Shown here in pieces: positions 45,702-55,742 of a stretch of DNA of 64,000 nt. The translations under genes and the position numbers were made by a program. Location: NCBI GenBank assembly GCA_002010065.2, contig MTMD02000002.1:544001-608000 (forward strand), written 5' to 3'. Below the pieces are notes generated by a model. That model had not been told where the DNA came from and made no database searches. It saw nothing but the letters and a program-made list of their open reading frames with translations. This DNA is from Candidatus Pyrohabitans jungbluthii (GTDB lineage Archaea; Hydrothermarchaeota; Hydrothermarchaeia; Hydrothermarchaeales; BMS3B). The first letter of the stretch is position 1. Every line of letters starts with the position of its first letter.

Positions 45702-45727
45702 GTTACCCTGAACTTGTTCAGGGTGAC
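45702..45727. repeat. 26-bp palindrome
   Basis: GTTACCCTGAAC-TT-GTTCAGGGTGAC, 11/12 arm match. Confidence 0.7.
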
Positions 45728-45744
45728 GGAGGTTCCTATTATCC

Positions 45745-46245
45745 TTACCTCCTCTTTACCCTTGCTTTCACCTTAGCGCCACACACCTCGCAGGTATCGC
45801 TGGCATAACTCGCGCTGTACCTGCGCCCGCATCCCACGCAACGCTTATACCAGCGAAATCGTCGCCTTATCCCCTGCTCCATCACCGGCGAAAAGCGCAG
45901 CTTCAGAAACTTCGCCACGTTCTGCACCGCGTAGTCGTCTGTAACTATAGTGACCTTCTCTCCCTGCGAAGCGAACTCCAGGGCTAAGGCGAGCACCGCC
46001 ATGTCAGCCCGCGAAAGCAGTGCCACGTCACCAGTTTGCGTCGCCGCTTTTTTTACAAGCTGCATATACTTCTCCTGTGGGGTACGCACCTCCAGCAGGC
46101 CGCTCTCCTGCGCGAGCCTTGCCTTAAGCTGGCGGTACTCCTCCTTAAGCTCCTCCATCACCTCCGGCACTGTGTACGCGCGCTTCCGCAAAGCCAGGGG
46201 CTCCAGGCCAGCGAAGAAGGCGCTTGTATCGAGCACGAGTATCAT
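45745..46245 (-). CDS. nob1: Nob1 PIN-domain rRNA endonuclease
   Basis: VLDTSA, TGD...LSRAD, TDDYAVQN, CVGC...CEVCG zinc ribbon. Confidence 0.92.
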   Translation of the reverse strand: MILVLDTSAFFAGLEPLALRKRAYTVPEVMEELKEEYRQLKARLAQESGLLEVRTPQEKYMQLVKKAATQTGDVALLSRADMAVLALALEFASQGEKVTIVTDDYAVQNVAKFLKLRFSPVMEQGIRRRFRWYKRCVGCGRRYSASYASDTCEVCGAKVKARVKRR

Positions 46246-47063
46246 AGCCTCTCCCTTATCCTCTCGTAGAAGTCCCGCCTGAACTTTACAAGCTTTACAA
46301 CGCTGTGGGACTTTCTCAGGGTTACCTCCTGCTCCGGTTCAAGGCTGAGCACCTTCTGTCCGTCTATAACCAGAAGCGCTCTTTCCTTGGCATCTACAAC
46401 CTTAACCCTAATGGGGAGGTGCTCCGGCACGACGATGCTTCGAGCGGAGAAGCTGAAGGGGCATATTGCGGTTACCACAATCGCGGGGGTGCGGGGGTCA
46501 AGTATAGGTCCGCCGGCAGACATGGAGTAGGCGGTTGAGCCCGTGGGTGTAGCTACAATAACGCCATCGCTGCGAAGCTCCTGCGCTAAAGCTTCGTCGA
46601 TGTAGATGTGCAGGTGGAGCATCCTTACCGGCGAAGCGCTGGCTATGACTGCTTCATTGAGCGCCTCGCCCACCTTCTCACCGGCTACAAGCACAGAGAG
46701 CTTGCTCCTCTCCTCTATGAAGTACTCGCCTGCGAGCAGCTTCTCCAGCGAAGCACGCCATTCCTGCGGTCTGGCTTCTGTAAGAAACCCCATGGTGCCG
46801 AAGTTGAAGCCCAGGATGGGCGCTGTATTACCTGCACCCTTTGCGGCAGCCTTGAGAATCATACCGTCGCCGCCCAGCACCAGATAAAGGTCCACCTTCA
46901 TTGCCTCGATTTCACACCCCTCTACGCCAATATCTCGTGCACACTCCGCGTCGTACACCACATCTATGCCTTTCTGCAACAGGTAGCTCGCTATCTCCTG
47001 TGCTACGCGTTGCGCCTCTGGGGTACGCTTTACAATCAGCCCCACCTTTTCCATTTTTTTCAT
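46242..47063 (-). CDS. ppnK: NAD kinase
   Basis: LGGDG, GTMGFL, LNE, DGVIVATPTGSTAYSMSAGGP, IDG. Start set at ATG 47063 because the longer ORF runs through the tRNA. Confidence 0.94.
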   Translation of the reverse strand: MKKMEKVGLIVKRTPEAQRVAQEIASYLLQKGIDVVYDAECARDIGVEGCEIEAMKVDLYLVLGGDGMILKAAAKGAGNTAPILGFNFGTMGFLTEARPQEWRASLEKLLAGEYFIEERSKLSVLVAGEKVGEALNEAVIASASPVRMLHLHIYIDEALAQELRSDGVIVATPTGSTAYSMSAGGPILDPRTPAIVVTAICPFSFSARSIVVPEHLPIRVKVVDAKERALLVIDGQKVLSLEPEQEVTLRKSHSVVKLVKFRRDFYERIRERL

Positions 47064-47099
47064 GTTATCTCTATTTATCTCAAGTTGGTATATAATAGT

Positions 47100-47170
47100 G
47101 CGGGTGTAGTCTAGTGGCAGGACCCGAGCCTCCCAAGCTCGTGACCCGGGTTCGAATCCCGGCACCCGCA
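47100..47170 (+). tRNA. tRNA-Gly (CCC)
   Basis: Acceptor GCGGGTG/CACCCGC; anticodon arm CGAGC-CTCCCAA-GCTCG; T arm CCGGG-TTCGAAT-CCCGG; no intron and no encoded CCA. Confidence 0.96.
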
Positions 47171-47239
47171 TAACCCCCTATTTCTGTATGCACTAAATAC
47201 TGGGAAATAATTTAATACCTCTCTGACCAACCTCTATCC

Positions 47240-48523
47240 ATGCTTATAAAGAATGCGAAAATTGCTACGCCGAGTGGCATAATCTCTGGTGAGATACTCA
47301 TCGAGGGGGAAAAAATCGCTGCCGTTGGAAAAGCCATTAAGGCGAGGGGGGAAGAGAAGCTCAACCTTAAAGGAAAGCTGGTAATCCCAGGCATAGTCGA
47401 CATGCACGTGCACATGCGCGATTTTACCGAAAGGCATAAGGAAGACTTAACCAGCGGAAGCAGGGCAGCGCTCGCCGGTGGGGTTACCACCTTCTTTGAG
47501 ATGCCAAACACAAGGCCAGCGATAACCACTGCTTCAACCTACCAGCGACGCTTAGCCCTCGCTAATCGGAAATCACTGGTAGACTTCGGCATATACTTCG
47601 GTGTTACTAAGGAGAACCTTCCAGAGCTTGCCAAGCTCTCACCCAAAGCTTGCAAAATTTACCTCGACGGCACTCTTGGTGAGGTGGATTACACCACCGT
47701 AGAGGAGGCTCTTAAAATAGCAAGCTTCGTGGCGGTGCATGCTGAGGACGGCGCAACGATAGCGCGCAATATGAAGAAAATCAAAAGCGTGGGAAACGAC
47801 TTCACAAAGCACTGCGAAATTCGAAGTCCGGAGGCTGAGAGCATCGCCGTGGAGAAAGTTGCCCAGATTGCCGCGAGGTTAAAAAAGAGGGTGCACATCT
47901 GCCACATCTCAGCTGCAAAGGCTTTAGATTATCTCAATGAGCACACCACCTGTGAGGTTACCCCGCATCACCTTCTTTTAACCAGAAAAGCCCTCGCAGA
48001 AATGGGAAGCTATGCAAAGACCAATCCTCCGCTGCGCTCCACTGGCGATGTAGCAGCGCTGTGGAGTGCGCTTAAAGAGGGCAGAATCTCATGCATAGCC
48101 AGCGACCATGCTCCTCATTCGCTTGCGGACAAAGATGATAGCCCTCTCGAGGCAGCCTCAGGCATTCCCAATCTTGAGACAATGCTTCCACTCCTCCTCA
48201 CCATGGTAAACAGGGGAAGGCTGAGCGTGAGCGAGCTGGTGAAGCTCTGTTGCGAGGCGCCGGCAAAGCTCTTGGGGCTTGAGAATAAGGGTTCCATTCT
48301 TCCTGGTAAAGACGCTGACCTTGTTGTTGTGGACATGCGCCGCGAAGGTGTGGTTAGCGCCGAGGATTTCCACTCGAAGGCGAAATATTCCCCCTTCGAG
48401 GGGTGGCGTCTCCGTGGAGCCGTTGATACGGTTCTACTGCGCGGAGAAATAGCATACCAGGATGAGGACTTTCTTGTTAAGCCCGGATATGGCAAGCCTG
48501 CGCTAGGGCTCCTCTCGCACTGA
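47240..48523 (+). CDS. pyrC: Dihydroorotase
   Basis: DMHVHMR, GGVTT..EMPNT, HAED, HICHIS, EVTPHHL, NPPLR, SDHAPH. Confidence 0.9.
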   Translation: MLIKNAKIATPSGIISGEILIEGEKIAAVGKAIKARGEEKLNLKGKLVIPGIVDMHVHMRDFTERHKEDLTSGSRAALAGGVTTFFEMPNTRPAITTASTYQRRLALANRKSLVDFGIYFGVTKENLPELAKLSPKACKIYLDGTLGEVDYTTVEEALKIASFVAVHAEDGATIARNMKKIKSVGNDFTKHCEIRSPEAESIAVEKVAQIAARLKKRVHICHISAAKALDYLNEHTTCEVTPHHLLLTRKALAEMGSYAKTNPPLRSTGDVAALWSALKEGRISCIASDHAPHSLADKDDSPLEAASGIPNLETMLPLLLTMVNRGRLSVSELVKLCCEAPAKLLGLENKGSILPGKDADLVVVDMRREGVVSAEDFHSKAKYSPFEGWRLRGAVDTVLLRGEIAYQDEDFLVKPGYGKPALGLLSH

Positions 48524-49039
48524 ACCCCTCTCCCTCTCTCGCGAGACCACTTCCTTCAGCGAGGTTTTCGGCGTTACCTGCTTTCGTCTGCGCCTCTTTT
48601 TCTTCTCCTTCTTTTCTGGCTTAAAAATTGCTTTTATGTCCTCTTCATCGAGTTTGCACTCCTTGGCTCGCTCATAAATCTCGCGAACCCTCTTCTCTAC
48701 CTTGAGCACTTCGTACACTAAAATAATCGCCGCAAGTATAACCAGGATGTCGGCAGCTATACCCACGCTGGTGAATATCATTACCGCACCTATCACTGTA
48801 ATCTCAAAGAGGAGAACTACAATGCTGGCGATTATTATCTTCTGGAAGTTTCTTACGGGGTTCTCCCTTATGAGAAGGTATGAGATAGCAAAAAGGAAAA
48901 AGAAGAGAGCAAGAACCTGCGGAAAGGATATGCCTTTAATAAAGATACCTACAAAAAAGGTGACAACTAGCACTCCTATTAACATGAACAGTGCAGCGAG
49001 CACATAGCCAAGCACCTGAAAACCCTTCGACGCCTGCAT
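48503..49039 (-). CDS. Membrane protein (about 4 TM) with basic C-terminal tail
   Basis: Hydrophobic helices; GAGGTGG RBS; KKEKKKRRRRK tail. Confidence 0.7.
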   Translation of the reverse strand: MQASKGFQVLGYVLAALFMLIGVLVVTFFVGIFIKGISFPQVLALFFFLFAISYLLIRENPVRNFQKIIIASIVVLLFEITVIGAVMIFTSVGIAADILVILAAIILVYEVLKVEKRVREIYERAKECKLDEEDIKAIFKPEKKEKKKRRRRKQVTPKTSLKEVVSRERERGSVREEP

Positions 49040-49106
49040 CTACCACCTCTCCAAAAGCCAGATTTATATTGCGCTTATGTCTTTATAATTTATCAGGAGG
49101 TGTGGT

Positions 49107-49259
49107 ATGGATACCTTCGAGTATGAGGTAATTAACGTCAGGCACGCTAAAGAAAAAGGCATGCTTAGCCTGGAGAACCTTCTAAATAAAATGGGAAAAA
49201 AGGGCTGGGAGCTTGTGGGCATAGATGGAGACCACTATATATTCAAGCGTAGGGTTTGA
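49107..49259 (+). CDS. Small DUF4177-like protein (50 aa; not in the ORF track)
   Basis: AGGAGGTG RBS; MDTFEYEVI...LNKMGKKGWELV...YIFKR. Confidence 0.8.
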   Translation: MDTFEYEVINVRHAKEKGMLSLENLLNKMGKKGWELVGIDGDHYIFKRRV

Positions 49260-49268
49260 GCTTTGAGC

Positions 49269-49469
49269 CTACCTGCTCGCCAACTTGATATCACTGGCTT
49301 TGACGGTCTTCCTCTTCGCGTGTTTGGCGAGCTTTCCAGCTTCGCTCGCGATCTCAGTGCCTATCTCCTCAAGCAGTTCAGCAAGCACAACCGCAGCGTC
49401 CCTGCCCACACGCATGTTTGTCGCTTTCCTGATAATCCTACCACACGCAGCTACAGGTAATTCTCCCAT
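49269..49469 (-). CDS. Archaeal histone (HMf family)
   Basis: ELP...[22 protein letters not shown]; GAGGTGG RBS. Confidence 0.95.
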   Translation of the reverse strand: MGELPVAACGRIIRKATNMRVGRDAAVVLAELLEEIGTEIASEAGKLAKHAKRKTVKASDIKLASR

Positions 49470-49534
49470 AAATCAACCACCTCATGATTATTTTTTAGTC
49501 TCATTCAAGATAAAGCTTTCGCTTAAAGAAATCG

Positions 49535-50437
49535 CTACTCTGCCTTTGCCTTTACCATTTTCTTTGAGTACTTTTGGACTATCTTCTCTGTGCTCACTAT
49601 GTTCTTGTCCAGTCCAAGCTCCGCATATGGCTCAAGACCTAAAGCTAAGCCTATTAGCTGGGTGATGTAGAGCACTGGTATACCCAACTCCTCACCGTAG
49701 TGCTTCTCAATCTCAGGCTGCTTGGCGTCCAAGCTCATATGGCACAGGGGACAAGCGACGATTATAGCCTGCGCTCCCGCTTCCTTCGCTTCCTTGATTA
49801 TCTCGTAGCTCAGCTTGTGCATCGCCGCTTCGTTGCTCACCATCACGGGTCCGCCGCAGCACCGTGTTTTTCGGGTAAAGGGCAGTACCGTAGCGCCCAA
49901 AGCCTGGATTATCTTGTCCATGCTGGTAGGGTTCTCCACATCGTCGAAGCTCTCCTTGCCTGGCGGACGGGTGATGTAGCACCCGTAGTAGGGCACAACC
50001 CTCAAGCCTTCCAACGGCTCAGCAACCTTCTCTGCGAGAGCCTCTATGCCCAAGTCATTGACCAGTACATCGAGAGGGTGCCTTACCTTTACCTCACCCT
50101 TTACCTCTAGACCCGTACCCTCGAGAGCCTTGTTGAGCTTTGCGCGATTCTCCTCACTTTCAAGCACGTACTCGCGAGTTTGCTTAAGGTTCTGGTAGCA
50201 CGCTGGGCAGGGTGCGACAACCTCCTTACCCTGCGCCTCAGCGCGTGCAAGGTCGCGAGCCGGAAGAGCAAGCGAGAGGAGCTTGCTCGTGGCATGCGCC
50301 GCCGAAGCTCCGCAGCAGCTCCAGTCTTCGAGCTCCTCAAACTCTAAGCCTAAAGCAGTAAAAACACTCCTGAAGCTCAGGTCATACTCCCTAGCAGTAG
50401 CCTCCAGAGAACAGCCAGGGTAGTAAGCATAGCTCAT
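49535..50437 (-). CDS. hdrB: Heterodisulfide reductase subunit B-like
   Basis: YYPGC, WSCCGA, PCPAC, YYGC, CCGG, ACPLC..LD, YITQLIGLALG. Confidence 0.9.
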   Translation of the reverse strand: MSYAYYPGCSLEATAREYDLSFRSVFTALGLEFEELEDWSCCGASAAHATSKLLSLALPARDLARAEAQGKEVVAPCPACYQNLKQTREYVLESEENRAKLNKALEGTGLEVKGEVKVRHPLDVLVNDLGIEALAEKVAEPLEGLRVVPYYGCYITRPPGKESFDDVENPTSMDKIIQALGATVLPFTRKTRCCGGPVMVSNEAAMHKLSYEIIKEAKEAGAQAIIVACPLCHMSLDAKQPEIEKHYGEELGIPVLYITQLIGLALGLEPYAELGLDKNIVSTEKIVQKYSKKMVKAKAE

Positions 50438-51066
50438 TCTCCAGCCTCCATCTTAGCCACGTTTTCGAATATCTTCTTAACCTCATCGCCACGGGCGATT
50501 TTCACCGGTTTAAAGGGCAACTTACCCTTTTTCATGAGTGTGATTCCAAAGGGGGCGTTCTTTAGAAGGTAGCCCAGCTTTGAGGCGATGCCCTCTCTGC
50601 TACCCAGTGTAGCCTTCAACAGAAGCAGAGGCTCAAATTGCCTTCCAAGATTAGCCACGATTTCGTTGAAGTTCCTGTAAAAGGACACTGCCCTTGGATT
50701 GGCAATGTTCGAGTTGTACCCCTCCTTCATGGCTATGCTCTTAAGCGCCGCCATTACCTCGGTTATCTTAACCTCTCGTGGGCATCGCACCTGACACTGA
50801 TAACACGAGGCGCACAACCAGATGGTGCGACTGCTCAGCACGCGATCGCGCATACCAAGGTTCACCATGCGGATTATTTGCCTTGGGGTATAATCCATAG
50901 CTGAGACAGTGGGGCAACCTCCACTGCAGGTACCGCACTGGTAGCATGCGGTAATGCCCTCGCCACCCGCTGCAATAACCTCACTCTTAAAGTCCACGCC
51001 AGACAAAGTGATGCCTCCTAGCAGCTTTACGAATTTATCATTATTGTTCATTATATACTTTTGCAT
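50434..51066 (-). CDS. hdrC: Heterodisulfide reductase subunit C-like (true start probably downstream of 51066)
   Basis: CYQCGTCSGGCP...TPRQIIR; IWLCASCYQCQVRCPR. Confidence 0.9.
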   Translation of the reverse strand: MQKYIMNNNDKFVKLLGGITLSGVDFKSEVIAAGGEGITACYQCGTCSGGCPTVSAMDYTPRQIIRMVNLGMRDRVLSSRTIWLCASCYQCQVRCPREVKITEVMAALKSIAMKEGYNSNIANPRAVSFYRNFNEIVANLGRQFEPLLLLKATLGSREGIASKLGYLLKNAPFGITLMKKGKLPFKPVKIARGDEVKKIFENVAKMEAGE

Positions 51067-51134
51067 AACATTAAAAAGTTTTCCATAATGAATATATTTG
51101 ATGAGGTCAAAGTAGAGGCAAAGTATGCCACCAA

Positions 51135-51206
51135 GCCGGGGTAGTCTAGAGGCGAGGCGGCGGACTGCAGATCCGCTTTACGTGAGTTCAAATCTCACCC
51201 CCGGCT
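51135..51206 (+). tRNA. tRNA-Cys (GCA)
   Basis: Acceptor GCCGGGG/CCCCGGC with U73; anticodon arm GCGGA-CTGCAGA-TCCGC; T arm GTGAG-TTCAAAT-CTCAC. Confidence 0.96.
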
Positions 51207-51231
51207 TTCACATTTTCTATTGTAATTTGTT

Positions 51232-53415
51232 ATGGTTGCAGGGAAAAATTTATTAGAGTGGGTGTTGGATTCTGAAATCACTATGGGAGAAGTTGACTGG
51301 CGGAAGCTCATGAGGTCAAAGAGATTCAAGCAGTTTTCTTTAGTTTTTGCCATCTTTCTCATCGGTTTTGCCACGCGTTACATAACAAAGCACCAGCTGC
51401 TCTTTGACCCAGACAGCTACTGGTGGTACCAGCTTGCCATGTACTTCGCAGGTATAGACGACGGGCGATTGCAGTACTTTCACAAAGTGGGTGGAAAGAC
51501 GATATATGAGCTAGCATACTACCCCACGGGTAGGGTACTGGAAAAGGAACTTCTCCTCCTTCCATTCACCATCGGCTTTTCATACAAAATTCTGGGCATT
51601 TTTGGCGCGCCTCAAACCCCAGAAGGACTTCTTAACTATATGTTTTTCTTTGGTCCCTTCTTCGGCGCCCTCACAGCTGTTTTGGCATATTTCCTTGGCA
51701 AGGAGCTTACTGGAAGTGATAAAGCGGGATTCGTTGCAGCGGTGTTCTATTCCTTTGCTCACTTTGCAATGACGAGAAACACAGCTGGCGATACTGGACA
51801 AGAGAGCTTGGGTAGTTTTTTCCTGTTTTTAATGGTCTATCTGTTCATTGTCTCCGTGAAGCAAAAGGAATTGAAGCTTAACGTTGGCTATGCAATAGCT
51901 TCTGGAATAGTATTTCTGCTTGCTGCGAATACATGGGGTGGAACGAGCTTCTACTGGGGGTTGATAGCCTCTGCAGTTTTTGTATATCTCGCAGTTAACG
52001 TAGCGCTCAACCGTCCTTTAAAGGAGTACAAAAGCGTGTGCGTTAGTTTTCCTGTATTCATCCTCATCGGCGTTTTTATACCCTCACTCTTTGGTATCGG
52101 CAACTCCTATGTTATTGGAAAGATGAGTACCCACAATGTCTTCCAAAATCTATCTTACCTTATTGTGATCATCTGCCTCTTTTTGATAGGTTATGAGGAG
52201 TTGAGAAAAAAGAAAGAACTTTCGCTTCAGCCGAGGGTTATTTTTCTTGGAACTATTGTGATTGTTGTACTTGGTCTTTTTGCCACTGGCAAGTTTGTTA
52301 TATTTGAGAGGATCTCCGATTTTATATACAGACTCATTTTTGCCCCTGAAGAGAAGGGGCTAACTGGCAAAACCGTTGCTTACTACCGCTCCACTGGTTT
52401 TACGGAATTTAAAGGTACCTTTGGCGCACTACTGCTTGCGATCCCTGCAGGCTTTCTCCTAATAGGATATGATCTCTATAAAAAGAGGGAATTCACAAGC
52501 TTATTCATGATATTTTTCATGATCCTTGGCATAGTTGCCTTCAGGTGGATGATTAGGCTGTCATACCTCATGGCTTTCATCCTGCCCCTTTTCATTGCAT
52601 TCCTGTTTGCCAGATATATAGACAAACAAAAGCCACAGTTGAAACATGCAAGACCTAAAAAGAAAAAAGATGCTCAAGAGAGCCAGGGCATGCGAAGGTT
52701 TAATATAGTAATAGGCTTCGCTGTGCTCCTCTTTCTTATCTCTCCGATACTGGTTACAAGCATCCAATCACTCAAAGCTCAGAAGTTTGCAGACCAGAGC
52801 GTCATGCCTTGGAAGGATGCTGGTGAGTGGATTAAAAAGAATACTCCAGAAAACGCCTTGCTCATCCACTGGTGGGATTACGGCTACCACCTGCAGACCT
52901 TCGCCATACGAAGAACGATCGTTGATGGTGGTAATATAGGACCGATTATAACAGGCAAACATAGAAATATCGATGTAGCCAAAGCCTTCACGTCGCCTGA
53001 AGAGGATTTTTACAAATACATAGCTCCCTACAATCCAGATAATCTGCCTATCTACGTCCTCGTAAGCGTGGAGGAATTCGGCAAAAGCGGGGCGATAAAC
53101 TTCCATGCCCAGGATGAGCTCTTCATCAGCCCTTTCCGGGTACAGAGAACTGGCGACCCAAAAAGGGACAACGCAAATATTCAGGCAATCTTACAACGCT
53201 ATGGGTTTACTACCTATGCGCTGGTTAACGCGGGCAACAGCTATATGATATGGGGGCTTCACCAGCGCGATGCTCGTGGCAACTACCACCCAGAGTGGGC
53301 GAATAAGGTCTTAGCCAAACTCCTGCCCTTCAACACAGGCATGGGCAAAGGAATGAAACATTTCAGGCTGGTTTATCATAATGGTTACGTTTATATTTAC
53401 AGGTATATCCCCTGA
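51232..53415 (+). CDS. aglB: Oligosaccharyltransferase AglB/STT3
   Basis: DPDSY, about 13 TM, WWDYG, DGG, EFGK; heads a sugar-biosynthesis locus. Confidence 0.92.
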   Translation: MVAGKNLLEWVLDSEITMGEVDWRKLMRSKRFKQFSLVFAIFLIGFATRYITKHQLLFDPDSYWWYQLAMYFAGIDDGRLQYFHKVGGKTIYELAYYPTGRVLEKELLLLPFTIGFSYKILGIFGAPQTPEGLLNYMFFFGPFFGALTAVLAYFLGKELTGSDKAGFVAAVFYSFAHFAMTRNTAGDTGQESLGSFFLFLMVYLFIVSVKQKELKLNVGYAIASGIVFLLAANTWGGTSFYWGLIASAVFVYLAVNVALNRPLKEYKSVCVSFPVFILIGVFIPSLFGIGNSYVIGKMSTHNVFQNLSYLIVIICLFLIGYEELRKKKELSLQPRVIFLGTIVIVVLGLFATGKFVIFERISDFIYRLIFAPEEKGLTGKTVAYYRSTGFTEFKGTFGALLLAIPAGFLLIGYDLYKKREFTSLFMIFFMILGIVAFRWMIRLSYLMAFILPLFIAFLFARYIDKQKPQLKHARPKKKKDAQESQGMRRFNIVIGFAVLLFLISPILVTSIQSLKAQKFADQSVMPWKDAGEWIKKNTPENALLIHWWDYGYHLQTFAIRRTIVDGGNIGPIITGKHRNIDVAKAFTSPEEDFYKYIAPYNPDNLPIYVLVSVEEFGKSGAINFHAQDELFISPFRVQRTGDPKRDNANIQAILQRYGFTTYALVNAGNSYMIWGLHQRDARGNYHPEWANKVLAKLLPFNTGMGKGMKHFRLVYHNGYVYIYRYIP

Positions 53416-53428
53416 TTGAGGTGAATCC

Positions 53429-54718
53429 ATGAATATCTCTGTTATAGGTACCGGTTATGTTGGCCTAGTAACTGGAGCATGTTTTGCAGAGCTTGGAAAT
53501 AATGTTATATGCGTGGATGTAGACGCTGAGAGAGTAAAAAAAGTAAATAAGGCAGAGGCACCGATTTATGAGCGTGGTTTGGACAAACTTCTTAAAAAAC
53601 ATGTGCCAAATGGAAAATTAAGGGCAACATTGGACATCTATGAAGCCGTTAGGGATACAGATGTTACATTTATCTGCGTTGGCACACCCTCCGGGCTAAT
53701 GGATTATATAGACCTCAAGTACGTGGAGCAGGTGAGCAGGGATATAGGGGGGGTACTAAAGGATAAGGATGATTTCCACGTGGTGGTGGTGAAGAGCACA
53801 GTAGTGCCAGGTACAACTGAGCATACAGTTACTCCTATAATAGAGGAGTACTCAGGTAAAAAAGCTGGCAATGACTTCGGCATAGCCATGAATCCTGAAT
53901 TTCTACGAGAAGGCAGCGCCGTTGAGGACTTCATGAATCCCGACAGAATCGTTCTTGGTTATACCGATGAGAAAACAGGTAAAATACTTCGAGAACTTTA
54001 TAAAGATTTTACCTGCCCAATAATGGAAACCGATCCTAAAACCGCAGAGATGATTAAGTATGCCACCAACTCCTTCCTTGCAGTGAAAATCAGCTTCATA
54101 AATGAAATAGGAAACATCTGCAAACTTCTGGGCATTGATGTATACGAAGTGGCTAAAGGTTTAGGCCTGGACCACCGTATCTCGCCTCACTTTCTTCGCG
54201 CTGGCTTGGGCTTTGGCGGAAGCTGCTTCCCTAAAGACGTTAAAGCTCTTGTGGGCAAAGCTAAGGAAGCTTACTACCGCCCAATCATCCTCAACGCAGC
54301 TCTTGAAGTTAACGAGTCTCAGCCTTTGCGCTTGATAGAACTTCTTGAAAAGCGGGCAGGAAATTTGCGAGACAAAGACGTTACGGTGCTTGGACTTGCC
54401 TTCAAGCCAGGTACAGACGACATGCGTGAAGCTCCCTCCATAAAAATTATTCATACTCTTCTTACGAAAGGAGCAAGAGTGCATGCCCATGACCCTAAGG
54501 CGATAGAGAATGCGAAGAAGATTTTTGGGACTCACGAGAGGCTGTTTTACTACAAAAAGGCAGAGGAAGCGGTGTCAAAAAGCAAGTACGTGCTTTTAGT
54601 CACTGAGTGGGACGAGTACAGAAAAAAGGAGCTTTATAAGGGCAAAGAAGTGTTCGACGGTAGGAGGGTGCTCGAAGCAAAGGAGCTGAGCGACTACTAC
54701 GAAGGGATATGCTGGTGA
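53429..54718 (+). CDS. UDP-glucose/GDP-mannose 6-dehydrogenase (AglM-like)
   Basis: IGTGYVG, VGTP, KSTVVPGT, NPEFLREG, GFGGSCFPKD, FKPGTDDMRE. Confidence 0.95.
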   Translation: MNISVIGTGYVGLVTGACFAELGNNVICVDVDAERVKKVNKAEAPIYERGLDKLLKKHVPNGKLRATLDIYEAVRDTDVTFICVGTPSGLMDYIDLKYVEQVSRDIGGVLKDKDDFHVVVVKSTVVPGTTEHTVTPIIEEYSGKKAGNDFGIAMNPEFLREGSAVEDFMNPDRIVLGYTDEKTGKILRELYKDFTCPIMETDPKTAEMIKYATNSFLAVKISFINEIGNICKLLGIDVYEVAKGLGLDHRISPHFLRAGLGFGGSCFPKDVKALVGKAKEAYYRPIILNAALEVNESQPLRLIELLEKRAGNLRDKDVTVLGLAFKPGTDDMREAPSIKIIHTLLTKGARVHAHDPKAIENAKKIFGTHERLFYYKKAEEAVSKSKYVLLVTEWDEYRKKELYKGKEVFDGRRVLEAKELSDYYEGICW

Positions 54719-54722
54719 GGTC

Positions 54723-55742
54723 ATGATCGAAGAGGACGTGGATGCTATAATCAGAGGGCTTGAGAAAGACAACATTTCTTTTGAAGATAGGAAAGTGCTT
54801 GTCACAGGCGGCGCAGGTTTTCTGGGCTCGTGGATATGCGACGTGCTTGTCAAGCAGGGTGCTGAGGTTACGTGCTTAGACAACTTCGCCAGTGGGTTGC
54901 GTTCAAATATAGAACATCTTATGGAGAAGGAGAATTTCACCTTTGTGGAGCACGACATCTCTAAGCCCATCTTTTTCGATAAGCGCTTCGACTTAGTGAT
55001 GCACCTCGCCTCTCGTGCTTCGCCCTTTGAGTTCGAAAAGTTCCCCATCCAGATATTAAAGGCAAATACTCTCGGGATATGGGTAGCCCTCGGCATTGCG
55101 AAAAAGCATCGTGCAAGATTTCTGTACGCTTCCACAAGCGAGGTTTATGGCAACCCCCCAGCGAGCTTCATCCCAACTCCTGAAACCTACAACGGCAACG
55201 TTAACCCTGTAGGACCCAGAAGCTGCTACGATGAAGCGAAGCGTGCCGGCGAAGCTTTTGTCATGGCTTATCGCTTGGAGCATGGATTGGATACCCGCAT
55301 TGCTAGAATTTTTAATACATATGGTCCCAGAATGCGTGCCGGCGATATCTATGGTAGAGTTGTTCCCCGCTTTATAGAGCAGGCACTGAACAATAAACCC
55401 ATAACAGTCTTTGGTACAGGTGAACAGACAAGGAGTTTTACTTACGTGAGTGATGAAGTGGAAGGATTGCTCAGGCTAGCTGGTATCGAGGGGCTGGGGG
55501 GAGAGGTGGTAAATATAGGGAATAATAAGGAGACGACTATTCTTGAGCTCGCCGAGCTTATAAAAAAGCTGTGTAATTCAAGCTCAGAGATAGTTTTCCT
55601 TCCTCTGCCAAAAGACGACCCTTTGCGACGCTGCCCCGACATTAGCAAGGCGAAAAAACTTTTAAAATGGAAACCAAAGGTTTCACTGGAGGAGGGATTA
55701 AAGAAAACTATAGAGTGGTTCAAATATTATAGTAGCTCTTGA
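54723..55742 (+). CDS. UDP-glucuronate decarboxylase (UDP-xylose synthase)-like
   Basis: [51 protein letters not shown]. Confidence 0.92.
   Translation: MIEEDVDAIIRGLEKDNISFEDRKVLVTGGAGFLGSWICDVLVKQGAEVTCLDNFASGLRSNIEHLMEKENFTFVEHDISKPIFFDKRFDLVMHLASRASPFEFEKFPIQILKANTLGIWVALGIAKKHRARFLYASTSEVYGNPPASFIPTPETYNGNVNPVGPRSCYDEAKRAGEAFVMAYRLEHGLDTRIARIFNTYGPRMRAGDIYGRVVPRFIEQALNNKPITVFGTGEQTRSFTYVSDEVEGLLRLAGIEGLGGEVVNIGNNKETTILELAELIKKLCNSSSEIVFLPLPKDDPLRRCPDISKAKKLLKWKPKVSLEEGLKKTIEWFKYYSSS

Noticed and set aside
47064-47171. N-terminal extension of the NAD kinase ORF (MRVPGFEPGSRAWEARVLPL)
   Set aside because: It is the antisense translation of tRNA-Gly; the real start is about 47063.
30156-51066. 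HdrBC as evidence of methanogenesis
   Set aside because: HdrBC-like proteins are widespread in non-methanogens; no mcr, mtr or hdrA here.
51135-51206. tRNA-Cys (or tRNA-Gly) as the integration site of an island
   Set aside because: No integrase and no duplicated tRNA 3' end seen in the window.
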